DNA of 63,273 nt, counting the filler. It is 4 parts of 4 records of this genome, joined end to end, with 100 filler letters (N's around TTAATTAATTAA, not from the genome) between each part and the next. Parts side by side here need not be neighbours in the genome. Positions count along the whole stretch, not along the records: positions 18,810 to 28,217 come from SRR31156797_2022; positions 28,318 to 57,994 come from SRR31156797_2035; 2 more parts are not named here. The stretch is one strand, 5' to 3'. Positions 18,857 through 28,318 of the stretch are shown here, piece by piece. The stretch's first letter is position 1, and every line of letters starts with the position of its first letter. A program made the position numbers and the translations under genes. The notes below the pieces were generated by a model. It did not search any database, was not told where the DNA came from, and was given only the letters and a program-made list of their open reading frames with translations.

Positions 18857-18961
18857 GGCGGGCCGTATCATACTCCAACGGGTCGGGAAGGGAATGAAAC
18901 CAACTCTCATTACCCTCACCCGGCGGCAATTCAAAAGGTGAAAGGGGAGGAAAGGCGGACA

Positions 18962-20872
18962 ATGAAAAACGGCATGCTAAAGGGAAGTTTGTTCAGGATT
19001 GTTTTGGGATTGGTGCTGACACTGGTTTGGAGCACCTCAAACGCTGAAGAAAAGAAAACCACGGAAAACACGACCCTCGATACGGTCACGGTTACGGCGG
19101 AAGCCTTTCCCGTGGAAGAAAAGGATAGCACGCGATTCGTAACGGTGGTCACTTCCGAAGAGTTGAAAGACACGGGAGGCAACAACCTGATGGATGCCCT
19201 CAGGCGCATCGGCGGCTTGGGTTACAAGGCCACTGCGCCTTTGGGAATGAGCAACGGCGGGATGAACAGCCAGCTCATTATCAGAGGTATTCGTGGAGGA
19301 GAATTGGTGATGGTCAACGGTTTGCCCATACAGGGGGCCGGCGGCCGCGGATATGATCTCAGCAACATCCCAATCGATCAAATCGAGCGTGTGGAGATTC
19401 TTAAGGGCGCCGCATCCACTCTTTACGGCTCGGACGCCATGACCGGCGTAATCAACATCATCACCAAAAAGCCTACCGACGAAACCCAAGTCAAGGCATC
19501 CGTGGAATTCGGCAATAGATCCTATATGAACCACGGCATTTCCGCGTCTCTTCCAAAAGTGATCTTAGGGGTGAACTATAATCATTTGGGGGCCCTTGAC
19601 CGGATATCCGAAAGCTTTAACAAAAATTATCGTTGGGATTTGGGGTCCACCAATGAATTCGCCATGAATTTGAATGCCAACCCTTTCGAGAATTTCTATA
19701 TCGACTATCTGGGCTCCTTTTACGAGACGAAATTCAAAAAAGTGTACGACTCCGCAAAGCCCTACCAGGGCACGGACCAGAAGAAATATTGCAATTTCCT
19801 CGATCTGCGCTACGATACACGGGATTTCAAGATCAAGACATTCGGTACTTTTGAAGAAGTGGTGAGAGATGAGTATACCTCTTCTGATCCGAAAAGCAAA
19901 GATCAAAACTACAACTTCGGACTGGATGGAAGTTACCGTTTTAACCTGCCCATATTTGAATTGAGCGTCGGTGGGGAATGGGTCTATCGGGGCGCCGATT
20001 ACAGTAAAAAATGGGGAGAACATCATCGCAACGACTATGCCCTTTTCGCCCAATTGAAGAAAGATTTCTTCGACCGGCTGATCATCACGGTGGGCGCCCG
20101 GGAGCAGCTCATCGACGCCGAATCGGGATCCGAAAACCACAACAAGTTCCTTCCCAGCTTCGGGGCCAACTACAAGGCCACCGACTATCTGAATCTCTTT
20201 GCCAATGCCAGCAAGGCATTTCGGATGCCCACCTTTAACGATCTCTATTATGAAAGCAGGACTATAACCCCCAACCCGAACCTGGATCCGGAAGAGGGGT
20301 GGACCTACGGTGCCGGCGTTAAGCTGGATACCACGCTGGTTTCCCTCAGACTTGCCGGGTTTTACATGACCTACAAAGACAAAATCGAAATCGACCGTTC
20401 CCAAGGATATCCCCTCAAGCGTTTCAATGCCGGCGATTTCAATACCAAGGGGGTTGAATGGAACCTGGGCCTTTATCCCTTTGCCAATCAGGCCGGGTTT
20501 GTGAATAACATCGCGTTTCAGGCCGCCGGGTACTGGGCTGATCCCGAGGGAAAGGACCCGAACGGGGAGGAATACCAGCCCGGCCCGAAATTTCAAACCA
20601 GTCTGGCGGTCACCTACCTGACCCAACCCCTGACCCTGGACCTGAACTGCCAGGTTCTCGCGGACAGGGAAAGAAACTTGGACAGCTATGCGGTGCTCAA
20701 CTTCTACAGCAAGTACAGGTTGTGGAAAGGGTATCTGACCTTTGGAGTGGACAATATCTTCAATCAGCAGGACATCCAGATTTACGGCAATATGGAACCG
20801 GATGCCGGCAACCAATATGTCTATTACGAGGTCGGCCGGATGGTTAAGATCGGCTATGAGATTGTGTTCTAG
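18962..20872 (+). CDS. TonB-dependent receptor (BtuB/HmuR-like)
   Basis: Start after GGGGAGGA; signal peptide; TonB box LDTVTVTA; plug motif IERVEILKGAASTLYGSDAMTGVINIIT; C-terminal F. Confidence 0.92.
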   Translation: MKNGMLKGSLFRIVLGLVLTLVWSTSNAEEKKTTENTTLDTVTVTAEAFPVEEKDSTRFVTVVTSEELKDTGGNNLMDALRRIGGLGYKATAPLGMSNGGMNSQLIIRGIRGGELVMVNGLPIQGAGGRGYDLSNIPIDQIERVEILKGAASTLYGSDAMTGVINIITKKPTDETQVKASVEFGNRSYMNHGISASLPKVILGVNYNHLGALDRISESFNKNYRWDLGSTNEFAMNLNANPFENFYIDYLGSFYETKFKKVYDSAKPYQGTDQKKYCNFLDLRYDTRDFKIKTFGTFEEVVRDEYTSSDPKSKDQNYNFGLDGSYRFNLPIFELSVGGEWVYRGADYSKKWGEHHRNDYALFAQLKKDFFDRLIITVGAREQLIDAESGSENHNKFLPSFGANYKATDYLNLFANASKAFRMPTFNDLYYESRTITPNPNLDPEEGWTYGAGVKLDTTLVSLRLAGFYMTYKDKIEIDRSQGYPLKRFNAGDFNTKGVEWNLGLYPFANQAGFVNNIAFQAAGYWADPEGKDPNGEEYQPGPKFQTSLAVTYLTQPLTLDLNCQVLADRERNLDSYAVLNFYSKYRLWKGYLTFGVDNIFNQQDIQIYGNMEPDAGNQYVYYEVGRMVKIGYEIVF

Positions 20873-20879
20873 AGGCGAG

Positions 20880-20903
20880 CCGGGTCCCGATTCAGGGACC
20901 CGG
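20880..20903 (+). other. GC-rich stem-loop after the receptor gene (no U tract)
   Basis: CCGGGTCCC-gattca-GGGACCCGG. Confidence 0.5.
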
Positions 20904-21060
20904 TCTCATGGCATTCTCCCATGGGAATCTAAAATGAAAGTCAAAAAGCGCAATGGGGAGAAAGGTGGAAGGATGAGGGATTTAACCTGGGGTCGGCCCG
21001 TCAGCTCAAGGATGGATGCGTCATATCCATACCCCTTACAAAGTCCAAAGGGGATACCTA

Positions 21061-24000
21061 ATGAGATCAAGTAGCTTACTGTTAGCCTGTTTTATCTGTG
21101 TCCTGTTTCCCTCTATGGCGTCCGCCGGCCCCGACAGGAAAAAGGTCGTCATGATCGTCAGTGCAAGGGACAGCCTGACGGTGGCCCGAGCATTTAGAGA
21201 CCTGAAAAAGGATCCCGGAATCTCAAAACGGTATCTGTTTGAATTCTTTACCGATCGGGAAATAAGAAACAACCGGGTTAAAAGGGACCATATCAGCGAC
21301 GCCCATATCATCCTGGCCGATTTTATGAAAAGGGACTTTGACGGTTTTCTTGCGGAGAACCTGACGGACGGCCCGGGAGGCCATAAACCGAAGGTGTACA
21401 GTCTTCGTTGCGTCTATCTGGCTGAAAACCTGAAAAAGATCGGTTTTAATCCTGATGTGAAAACGGAAAAGTACTATTCCCCCGCAACCGTCGACAACAT
21501 AAAAAATCTGATTTTTTTAACCCTGTCCGAGGACGGGGAAAGGGTGAAATATGCCCCTCCCTTTGTCCTGCCCCAATCGGGGATATTTCATCCCGATTCT
21601 TCCAAGATCTTCCCTACTTTTGACGCGTACCTTGCCTGGTACCAAAAAAAGGGAAAACTCAAGAAAGACGGGTTCTGGGTGGGCTTGCACACCTTCCACA
21701 GTTCCGCCTTGAAGGAAACCGGCAAAATAGAAGCGTATATGATTGAGGCTTTGGAGCGTGAAGGGATCAACGTTCTCCCCGCCTTCGGCAGGCCCCCTTA
21801 TTATAAGTCCTTGGAGACGTTTTTTCTGGATGAAAAGGGAAGCCCCCGCGTTCAAGCGATGATCGCCTTTTCTTTTCGGTTCCTGCGGGGGTTCCCCGAA
21901 AAAACCGAAGAAATCCTTCATCGGATCAATGCCCCGGTGTTCATGCCCCTTACGGCCCACGCCGTCACCATCAACCAGTGGCGGAAGTCGGACGAGGGGA
22001 TTTCACCCATGCGCGTGGCGTGGCAGGTGTGCATCCCGGAGCAAAACGGCGCCATTGAACCCTCCATGGTGGGCGGAAAAACCGCCGCCAGGCTCAAGGG
22101 GATGACGGACGTGGTTTACGATACCGTTCCCATGCCCGAAAATATCGATTTTCTGATTCGGAGAATAAAGGGGTGGCATAAGCTTCAGGCAATGGCGAAC
22201 GGGGAGAAGAAAGTCGCGATCCTCTACTGGAACCACCCTCCGGGGAAACAGAACATCGGCGGCAGTTATATGAATTGCTTCCGGTCCATCTCCGAAATCC
22301 TGTCGGGGCTCAAGCAAAACGGCTACAAAATGGACGGCTCGTTGCCCACGGAAGAGGACGTTAAGGAAAGAATTCTCTTGACCGGCAGAAATGTGGGCTC
22401 CTGGGCCCCCGGAGAACTGGAGAAACTCATATCCCAAGGGGGCGTGATCCGCATACCCGTATCCAGGTATAAGGAATGGTTTAGGGAGCTGAATTCCGAT
22501 TTTCAACAGGCGGTGCTCAGCCAGTGGGGGAGGCCCGAGGATTCGGACATCATGACGAAAAACGGCGAGATGATTATCCCCGCGGTTCCCCTGGGCAACA
22601 TCATACTCCTCCCCCAACCGAGTCGGGGATTCGGTGAAGACCCGGAAAAGCTGTACCATGATCCGAAACTCTATCCCCATCACCAGTATATTGCCTTCTA
22701 TCTCTGGCTCAAGAAAGAATTCCGGGTCGATGCCATCATCAGCCTGGGCAAGCACGGCACCCATGAATGGCTGCCGGGAAATCAGATCGGTCTTTCCCTT
22801 TCGGATCCCCCCGAGGTATTGATCCAGGATATTCCCAACATCTACCCCTATATCGTCGATAACGTGGGTGAAGGCACCCAGGCAAAACGGAGGGGCAGAG
22901 GCGTCATCATCGACCATCTGATCCCGCCTTTGAAAAAAGGGGGATCCTACATGGAATATCGGAAGTTGACCGCCTTGATCGATGAATACCATGACGCCCA
23001 GAAGAAGGAGGCGGGGCTGGCGGAAGAAAAGCTGAAAAGGGTTCGGAAGCTCATTTACGAGCTCGGCCTGGATCAGGACCTGGAGCTGAAGGAACTGGAT
23101 GACCATGCCGTGGAGGAGGTCGAACATTACATCCTTGAGCTGCAGGAAAGCCTGATTCCATACGGGCTCCACACCTTCGGCATTTCCCCCCAGGGCGACG
23201 CCCTCCATGATCTGACCGAAGCGATCTGTGCGGCCAGCCCGGAGATCAGGAAGGAAGAGATGAAATCGGGGATCGAGGCGTGCGGCAAGCAGGAGATGGC
23301 AAGCCTGTTGAAGGCCCTTGACGGCGGGTTCATCCCGGCCGGTGAGGGAAACGATCCCCTTCGAAATCCGGCGGCGGTGCCCACGGGGAGAAACTTCTAT
23401 GCTTTCAATGTGGACAAGGTTCCCTCAAAAGAGGCATGGACCCTCGGAAAAAAACTGGCGGATGATATGATTAATGAATACCGGAAAAAGCATAATGATT
23501 TCCCTGAAAAGATGGGAATTATTGTCTGGAGCACGGAACTGCAGAGAAATGAAGGTGCCAGTATCGGTGCAGTCCTGAGCCTTCTGGGCATAACACCGGT
23601 ATGGGACAAAAAAGATCATGTGGTGGGTCTTGAACCGATACCCGGAACCATCCTCAAAAGGCCCCGGATCGACGTACTGGTTCAGTCGTCCGGGCTTTTC
23701 AGGGACGGATACGCGAAGATCATGAAGCTCATGGACAGGGCCGTACGGATGGCCGGTCCGTTGCGGGATGTGGAAAATTTCGTGGCGGTGCATAACAAGA
23801 AGATCGCCAAGGCCCTCGTGGAAAAGGGATATTCCGAGGAAGATGCCCAGGACCTGGGCCAGGCCAGAATCTTCGGACCCATGCCCGGAGCATACTCCCA
23901 TGCGCTCCAGGAACTGATACCCAACAGCGGCGTATGGGAGGATGATCGGGAGATCGCCGATGTGTTTATCCACCACTACTCTTTCGCCTACGGGGAGAGG

Positions 24001-24969
24001 GTCTGGGGAAAACCGATGAAGAGCGCCTACAAAAACAACCTGAAAGGTGTCAACGTCACCATGCATACCCGTTCGTCAAACGTGTATAACATGCTGGACA
24101 ATGACGATATGTTCGCATTTTTGGGCGGATTGTCCCTGGCGGTTAAAAGTCAGAGCGGGGAATATCCGGATGTGCTGGTGGCCGATTTAAAAGATGGGAA
24201 AAACGTCAACCTGGAAGATCTTCCCAAGGCCATCGGAAAGGCATTGAGGACCCGATATCTGAACCCCAAATGGATTGAGGGGATGAAGAAGGAGGGGTTT
24301 TCAGGGGCCAAGGCCATGGACGAATTCGTGGAAAACTTGTGGGGTTTTCAAGTCACCAACCCCTATGCGGTGGATGGGACCCAGTGGGAACAGATCCATG
24401 AGGTTTACGTGGAAGACAAATACGGCCTGGATATCAAAGAATTCTTTGACAAGAACAACCCCTGGGCCCAGCAGTCCATGGCGGCACGCATGCTGGAGGT
24501 GGACCGCAAGAAATACTGGAAGGCCCCTGAAGAGATAAAGAAAAAACTGGCCAAAACCTATGCCGTAAATGTCATTGAAAAGGGTGTTGCCTGTTGCGAA
24601 CATACCTGCAATAACCCCATGCTCCAGCAGTTCGTGACCAACATCATTTCATTGCACGGCCTGCTCACCCCCCGGCAGCTGGACCAGTTCAAAATGGTCA
24701 TCGCCAAAGCAACCGGCGGGACCCAGGCGGAAAATGAGGCAAAGAGCGAAAAGGCCAGGGAGAGTTTGAAAAAGACCATCGAAGAGATTCAAAAGGAAGA
24801 GACTGTAAAGGCTAAAACGGAAGGGAAGAAGATTGAGGGTTTTGAGATGGTGGATGAAAAACCGGAGGATACGAAGGTAACCGCTTCCGGCTCCGAATGG
24901 ATGGTAATGGTCATTGCGTTAGGACTTTTAGCCTTGTTGTTTGCGGGGTGGAGGCGCAAGAAGGTCTGA
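21061..24969 (+). CDS. CobN/Mg-chelatase H family protein with signal peptide and C-terminal membrane anchor (HmuS/BtuS-like)
   Basis: HHQYIAFYLWL, LGKHGTHEWLPG, PNIYPYIVDNVGEGTQAKRRG, PTGRNFY, RPRIDV, RTRYLNPKWIEGM; signal MRSSSLLLACFICVLFPSMASA; CCEHTC motif; TM plus WRRKKV tail. Confidence 0.93.
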   Translation: MRSSSLLLACFICVLFPSMASAGPDRKKVVMIVSARDSLTVARAFRDLKKDPGISKRYLFEFFTDREIRNNRVKRDHISDAHIILADFMKRDFDGFLAENLTDGPGGHKPKVYSLRCVYLAENLKKIGFNPDVKTEKYYSPATVDNIKNLIFLTLSEDGERVKYAPPFVLPQSGIFHPDSSKIFPTFDAYLAWYQKKGKLKKDGFWVGLHTFHSSALKETGKIEAYMIEALEREGINVLPAFGRPPYYKSLETFFLDEKGSPRVQAMIAFSFRFLRGFPEKTEEILHRINAPVFMPLTAHAVTINQWRKSDEGISPMRVAWQVCIPEQNGAIEPSMVGGKTAARLKGMTDVVYDTVPMPENIDFLIRRIKGWHKLQAMANGEKKVAILYWNHPPGKQNIGGSYMNCFRSISEILSGLKQNGYKMDGSLPTEEDVKERILLTGRNVGSWAPGELEKLISQGGVIRIPVSRYKEWFRELNSDFQQAVLSQWGRPEDSDIMTKNGEMIIPAVPLGNIILLPQPSRGFGEDPEKLYHDPKLYPHHQYIAFYLWLKKEFRVDAIISLGKHGTHEWLPGNQIGLSLSDPPEVLIQDIPNIYPYIVDNVGEGTQAKRRGRGVIIDHLIPPLKKGGSYMEYRKLTALIDEYHDAQKKEAGLAEEKLKRVRKLIYELGLDQDLELKELDDHAVEEVEHYILELQESLIPYGLHTFGISPQGDALHDLTEAICAASPEIRKEEMKSGIEACGKQEMASLLKALDGGFIPAGEGNDPLRNPAAVPTGRNFYAFNVDKVPSKEAWTLGKKLADDMINEYRKKHNDFPEKMGIIVWSTELQRNEGASIGAVLSLLGITPVWDKKDHVVGLEPIPGTILKRPRIDVLVQSSGLFRDGYAKIMKLMDRAVRMAGPLRDVENFVAVHNKKIAKALVEKGYSEEDAQDLGQARIFGPMPGAYSHALQELIPNSGVWEDDREIADVFIHHYSFAYGERVWGKPMKSAYKNNLKGVNVTMHTRSSNVYNMLDNDDMFAFLGGLSLAVKSQSGEYPDVLVADLKDGKNVNLEDLPKAIGKALRTRYLNPKWIEGMKKEGFSGAKAMDEFVENLWGFQVTNPYAVDGTQWEQIHEVYVEDKYGLDIKEFFDKNNPWAQQSMAARMLEVDRKKYWKAPEEIKKKLAKTYAVNVIEKGVACCEHTCNNPMLQQFVTNIISLHGLLTPRQLDQFKMVIAKATGGTQAENEAKSEKARESLKKTIEEIQKEETVKAKTEGKKIEGFEMVDEKPEDTKVTASGSEWMVMVIALGLLALLFAGWRRKKV

Positions 24970-25105
24970 TGATAGGATCTTTCCATGAAAATTTTCGGAA
25001 TCCTGAAAGAATCATATCATTTGGAGAAGCATCATAAGGTCTCGAATATTATTCAGCCGCCTATTGAGGGCGAAGGCAACAAAACCACAAGGGAGGCGAC
25101 CATCG

Positions 25106-25864
25106 ATGATAAACAGGTTTTGGGCGGCCGGTATCGGCATCGCAGTTTTTCTTTCCTTTCCGTTTATCGGTGAGAGCAGGGATTTCTCCCGGGAAAATTG
25201 TGGAAGTCCTCATGTCAGGCAGGTGGGGATGTATCTCTATCGGTGCAACAAGGTAATGGGATACGATTGTTTTGACGCAGATGGCCGTCTGTCAAAAAAT
25301 GTGGTTATCAAACGGGATGAATCCGGCAATATGATCGAAAGGTCAAAATATAACGGATACAACAAATTGCTTGCACGTTTTGTCTATGAACTGGATGACA
25401 AGGGGTTGATGCACCGGAAAACCCGTTATGGACCGGATGGAACCATAACCTGGTATGCGCGATATGAGTTTAACAAAGAGGGACTGCCGGTAGAACAGAA
25501 AAGATATTCGCCCAAGGGTATGTTCACCAAATCGGCTCGTTACTATTATGATTACGTTAATGAACGGATTCGAAAAGATATGTTTGACGCGACGGGCCGA
25601 TTGACCAAAACATGTATTTACATTTTTGATTCGAATCACCGCAGAATAGGTGATTATGTCCTATCAGCGGACGGGCGGATCAAAAGGCATACGAAGTATG
25701 TTTATAATGCATCCGATAATATCGAGCGTATTGAGAACATGGATGGATCCCTATCCCTGCAGGGAAGGACCGACATCATTTATGACAAAATGGGGAATCG
25801 CATGGAAAAAAAGCGTTTTGACGGAAAAGGCGCTTTGAAATCAATAACGAGATATCAATACTGA
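25106..25864 (+). CDS. Exported YD/RHS-repeat-like protein
   Basis: GGGAGG RBS, signal-like N-terminus, about eight ~24-aa repeats of YxxDGxL..Y.YD..G type. Confidence 0.7.
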   Translation: MINRFWAAGIGIAVFLSFPFIGESRDFSRENCGSPHVRQVGMYLYRCNKVMGYDCFDADGRLSKNVVIKRDESGNMIERSKYNGYNKLLARFVYELDDKGLMHRKTRYGPDGTITWYARYEFNKEGLPVEQKRYSPKGMFTKSARYYYDYVNERIRKDMFDATGRLTKTCIYIFDSNHRRIGDYVLSADGRIKRHTKYVYNASDNIERIENMDGSLSLQGRTDIIYDKMGNRMEKKRFDGKGALKSITRYQY

Positions 25865-25973
25865 TGCCGGCTATGCCCACAACAAAATTGGACAATGATT
25901 TCCTCATAGAAGAAGTAGATCGTGAGGAAATCGAAAAAATAGAACACTATTGTGGAGGAAGGGGTAAATAACG

Positions 25974-26726
25974 ATGCTAAGACAACTCTGGGTAACGGGC
26001 GTCCTGGTGGCTTTTTCCGTTTTTGGGATTAAGGTGGGGTTGGGGCTGGGTGCGCAGATCTACAACAAAGCCGTCTCAATGGGCAAAAGAATCCTCATTA
26101 TGGGCGGGAGCCTTTTTGTTTATCTGATCCTTTTTTTCTGCCTCTTTTACGTGATTACCCATTTTAATCTGTTGAATTATCTGGATCAGTTCGTGAACGT
26201 GCTGCAATACGGTATGCTGCTGCACCTGGCGGTGGCTGCAGGCCTTCTCATATGGGGCGCAAAGCTGATCCTTGAAAAGCCGGGAAAGCAAGAAAGCCTC
26301 CCTTTCCGCAAAAGCCTGCTCCTTATTCTGCCGTGCCCCGTGTGCGCCACGGTAATCCTGCTGAACCTGACCTTGGCCTACTCACTTTTTGACTTGTCAC
26401 CCTTTTTAACCACCTTAACCCTCTTCGGTATTTTCAGCGGCATCATTTTTTTTGCAACGGCTGTCCTTTTTCCCTTCCGCCATAGAATCGGTTCCGGAAA
26501 CTCATTTTTGGGTCAGTCCATGACGCTTGTTGCACTCTATTTTCTGTTTGTCGTGATTATCGCACCCATTTACCCCGAGATAAAGGCCGCCTTTGCCATG
26601 GCCGTTTCCAACAGCCCCGTCAGCCGGATGGATCACACCAATACGGCCATATTGGTGGGGGTTGTATTGATACTCGCATGTACCGGATTCGTAAAAGTCT
26701 ATTTTGCCAAAGGAGGCACCAAGTGA
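25974..26726 (+). CDS. DUF2162-type multi-TM putative transporter (HmuT-like)
   Basis: VFGIKVGLGLG and LILPCPVCATVI motifs, about seven TM helices. Confidence 0.8.
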   Translation: MLRQLWVTGVLVAFSVFGIKVGLGLGAQIYNKAVSMGKRILIMGGSLFVYLILFFCLFYVITHFNLLNYLDQFVNVLQYGMLLHLAVAAGLLIWGAKLILEKPGKQESLPFRKSLLLILPCPVCATVILLNLTLAYSLFDLSPFLTTLTLFGIFSGIIFFATAVLFPFRHRIGSGNSFLGQSMTLVALYFLFVVIIAPIYPEIKAAFAMAVSNSPVSRMDHTNTAILVGVVLILACTGFVKVYFAKGGTK

Positions 26727-27361
26727 ATATCTTTCCCGCATTTCAAACCATCCTGTATACGGTTTCAACGGCCATGCTCTACCCCGTGGTGATACTCCTC
26801 ATCTTTCTCTGTCTCTGGATCATCGTCTATGCGGGAGGCTTTATCGGGGAGGCGGTTAAAAGGAGACGTTTTCGGAGCGATAGGCACCTGGCGGATTTCT
26901 TGGAGGACATTAAAAAAGCGGAGCGGCTGCCCCCTAAGGTGGCTGAAAACTTACCTGTCGGTGTTGCGAATTATGCGAATGAACTTAATGACATTGTCCA
27001 TGGGAGCAAACTGTTCCGTGATGAGAAAGTGGAAGATCTGAATCAACGCAAGGAACATGCCCTTGCCAGGGAGGTGGACAAAATTCGTCTCATTGTGCGG
27101 ATCGGTCCCAGTCTGGGGCTTATGGGAACATTGATTCCCATGGGCACCGGCTTGGCGGGTCTCACCCAGGGGGACATGGCGCAGCTTTCATCCAGCCTCA
27201 TTCTGGCCTTTACCACCACGGTGGTGGGGTTGGCGCTGGGCATCACGGCCCATTTTTTCTCCGTTGCCAAAGAGCGTTGGGTTACGGAAGACATGCGTCA
27301 TGTCAACCTGATCACGGAAGCCATGACGCAGGGCGTTGATGCTTCAGGGGCGGCAGGATGA
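26723..27361 (+). CDS. MotA/TolQ/ExbB proton channel family protein (HmuU-like)
   Basis: RIGPSLGLMGTLIPMG, LILAFTTTVVGL; GTG start overlapping the upstream stop, with AGGAGG RBS. Confidence 0.9.
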   Translation: MNIFPAFQTILYTVSTAMLYPVVILLIFLCLWIIVYAGGFIGEAVKRRRFRSDRHLADFLEDIKKAERLPPKVAENLPVGVANYANELNDIVHGSKLFRDEKVEDLNQRKEHALAREVDKIRLIVRIGPSLGLMGTLIPMGTGLAGLTQGDMAQLSSSLILAFTTTVVGLALGITAHFFSVAKERWVTEDMRHVNLITEAMTQGVDASGAAG

Positions 27362-27729
27362 AATACATAAAAAAAAGCCGGCAGGCGCATCTGGGAAAAG
27401 CAAAAAGGGAAGAGCCCCTAAACGGGGTGGCAAACCTTTTCGACGTGGCACTTGTCTTTATCGTGGCATTGCTCCTTTCCCTTATGTCCACCTATCAGGT
27501 CCTCGATTTCTTTAATCCCGAAAGTGAGATTACCATCATGAAAAAGGTGAAAGATGAATGGCGGATCATCACTAAAAAGGGAAAGGAAGTGAAGGTAAAA
27601 AAGGTAACGGACAGAAAGGTGGGGGGGGATGAAGGCCTTAAACTGGGCACCGCCTATCAGCTGAAAGACGGACGCGTCATATATATCCCCGATGGAATGA
27701 GTGAAAGCGAGCTCAATGAGATCGAGTAG
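27358..27729 (+). CDS. DUF2149 protein (HmuV-like, ExbD analogue)
   Basis: EPLNGVANLFDVALVFIVAL and GTAYQLKDGRVIYIP motifs. Confidence 0.88.
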   Translation: MKYIKKSRQAHLGKAKREEPLNGVANLFDVALVFIVALLLSLMSTYQVLDFFNPESEITIMKKVKDEWRIITKKGKEVKVKKVTDRKVGGDEGLKLGTAYQLKDGRVIYIPDGMSESELNEIE

Positions 27730-27841
27730 ATATTTTGTAACATGTTTGATTCTTTTCTTGCTCCCGTTGGTGGCATTCGCGGAAGAGGATCTGAATAAAG
27801 CGGGAACAAATGACGGCCGACAAATGAGGAATAACCGTTAA
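27716..27841 (+). pseudogene. 41-codon ORF resembling the 5' end of the CobN-like gene
   Basis: MRSSRYFVTCLILFLLPLVAFAEEDLNK aligns with MRSSSLLLACFICVLFPSMASAGPDRKK; both begin ATGAGATCRAGTAG. Confidence 0.5.
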
Positions 27842-27944
27842 AGCCCGGAGGTTGAGGCAGGTCATTGACCACACGGAAAGTACAGCCAACAATGGAAGAT
27901 GGTGTTGGCGCCAATTCAATACTTGGCGGTAAGGGAGGTGAATA

Positions 27945-28217
27945 ATGAGAGCAATCATCATCCTGGGGCACGGCAGCCGGGTACCGGAGGCGGGCAAGGA
28001 TATGCAAAAAGTGGCCACCTTGTTGAAGGAAAACCATGAACTCGAAATGGTGGAGGTTTGTCAGATGTCCCGGCTCGGACCCCATTACCCGGAAACACTT
28101 GACAAGTGTGTGGCAAATGGGGCAACAGAGGTTATTGTTATCCCGTATTTTTTAAACAACGGATTGCACATCCGTCTGGATATTCCCGAAATGATGAAAG
28201 AAGGGGCCGAAAAATAT
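27945..28217 (+). CDS. cbiX: CbiX/SirB-family class II chelatase (truncated by contig end)
   Basis: IILGHGSR and VIPYFLNNGLHIRLDIP; GGAGGTGA RBS. Confidence 0.88.
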
Positions 28218-28317
28218 NNNNNNNNNNNNNNNNNNNNNNNNNNNNNNNNNNNNNNNNNNNNTTAATTAATTAANNNNNNNNNNNNNNNNNNNNNNNNNNN
28301 NNNNNNNNNNNNNNNNN
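28218..28317. other. Artificial contig spacer
   Basis: N44-TTAATTAATTAA-N44. Confidence 0.98.
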
Positions 28318-28318
28318 A

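Noticed and set aside
18827-18961. Longer N-terminus of the TonB receptor
   Set aside because: Begins inside the terminator hairpin; the RBS and signal peptide support ATG 18962.
19565-20815. 416-aa antisense ORF
   Set aside because: Shadow of the TonB receptor in GC-rich DNA; no recognisable motifs.
22003-24066. Long antisense ORFs (401 aa and 213 aa)
   Set aside because: Shadows of the CobN-like gene.
25106-25864. Rhs polymorphic toxin
   Set aside because: Too short, with no DPxG-type core end, toxin domain or immunity gene.
27730-27944. Cobalamin riboswitch upstream of cbiX
   Set aside because: No recognisable B12-box or GGGAA..GGTG..CC..GCCCCCGCAACTGT core; only a weak GCCAACA/TGTTGGC hairpin.
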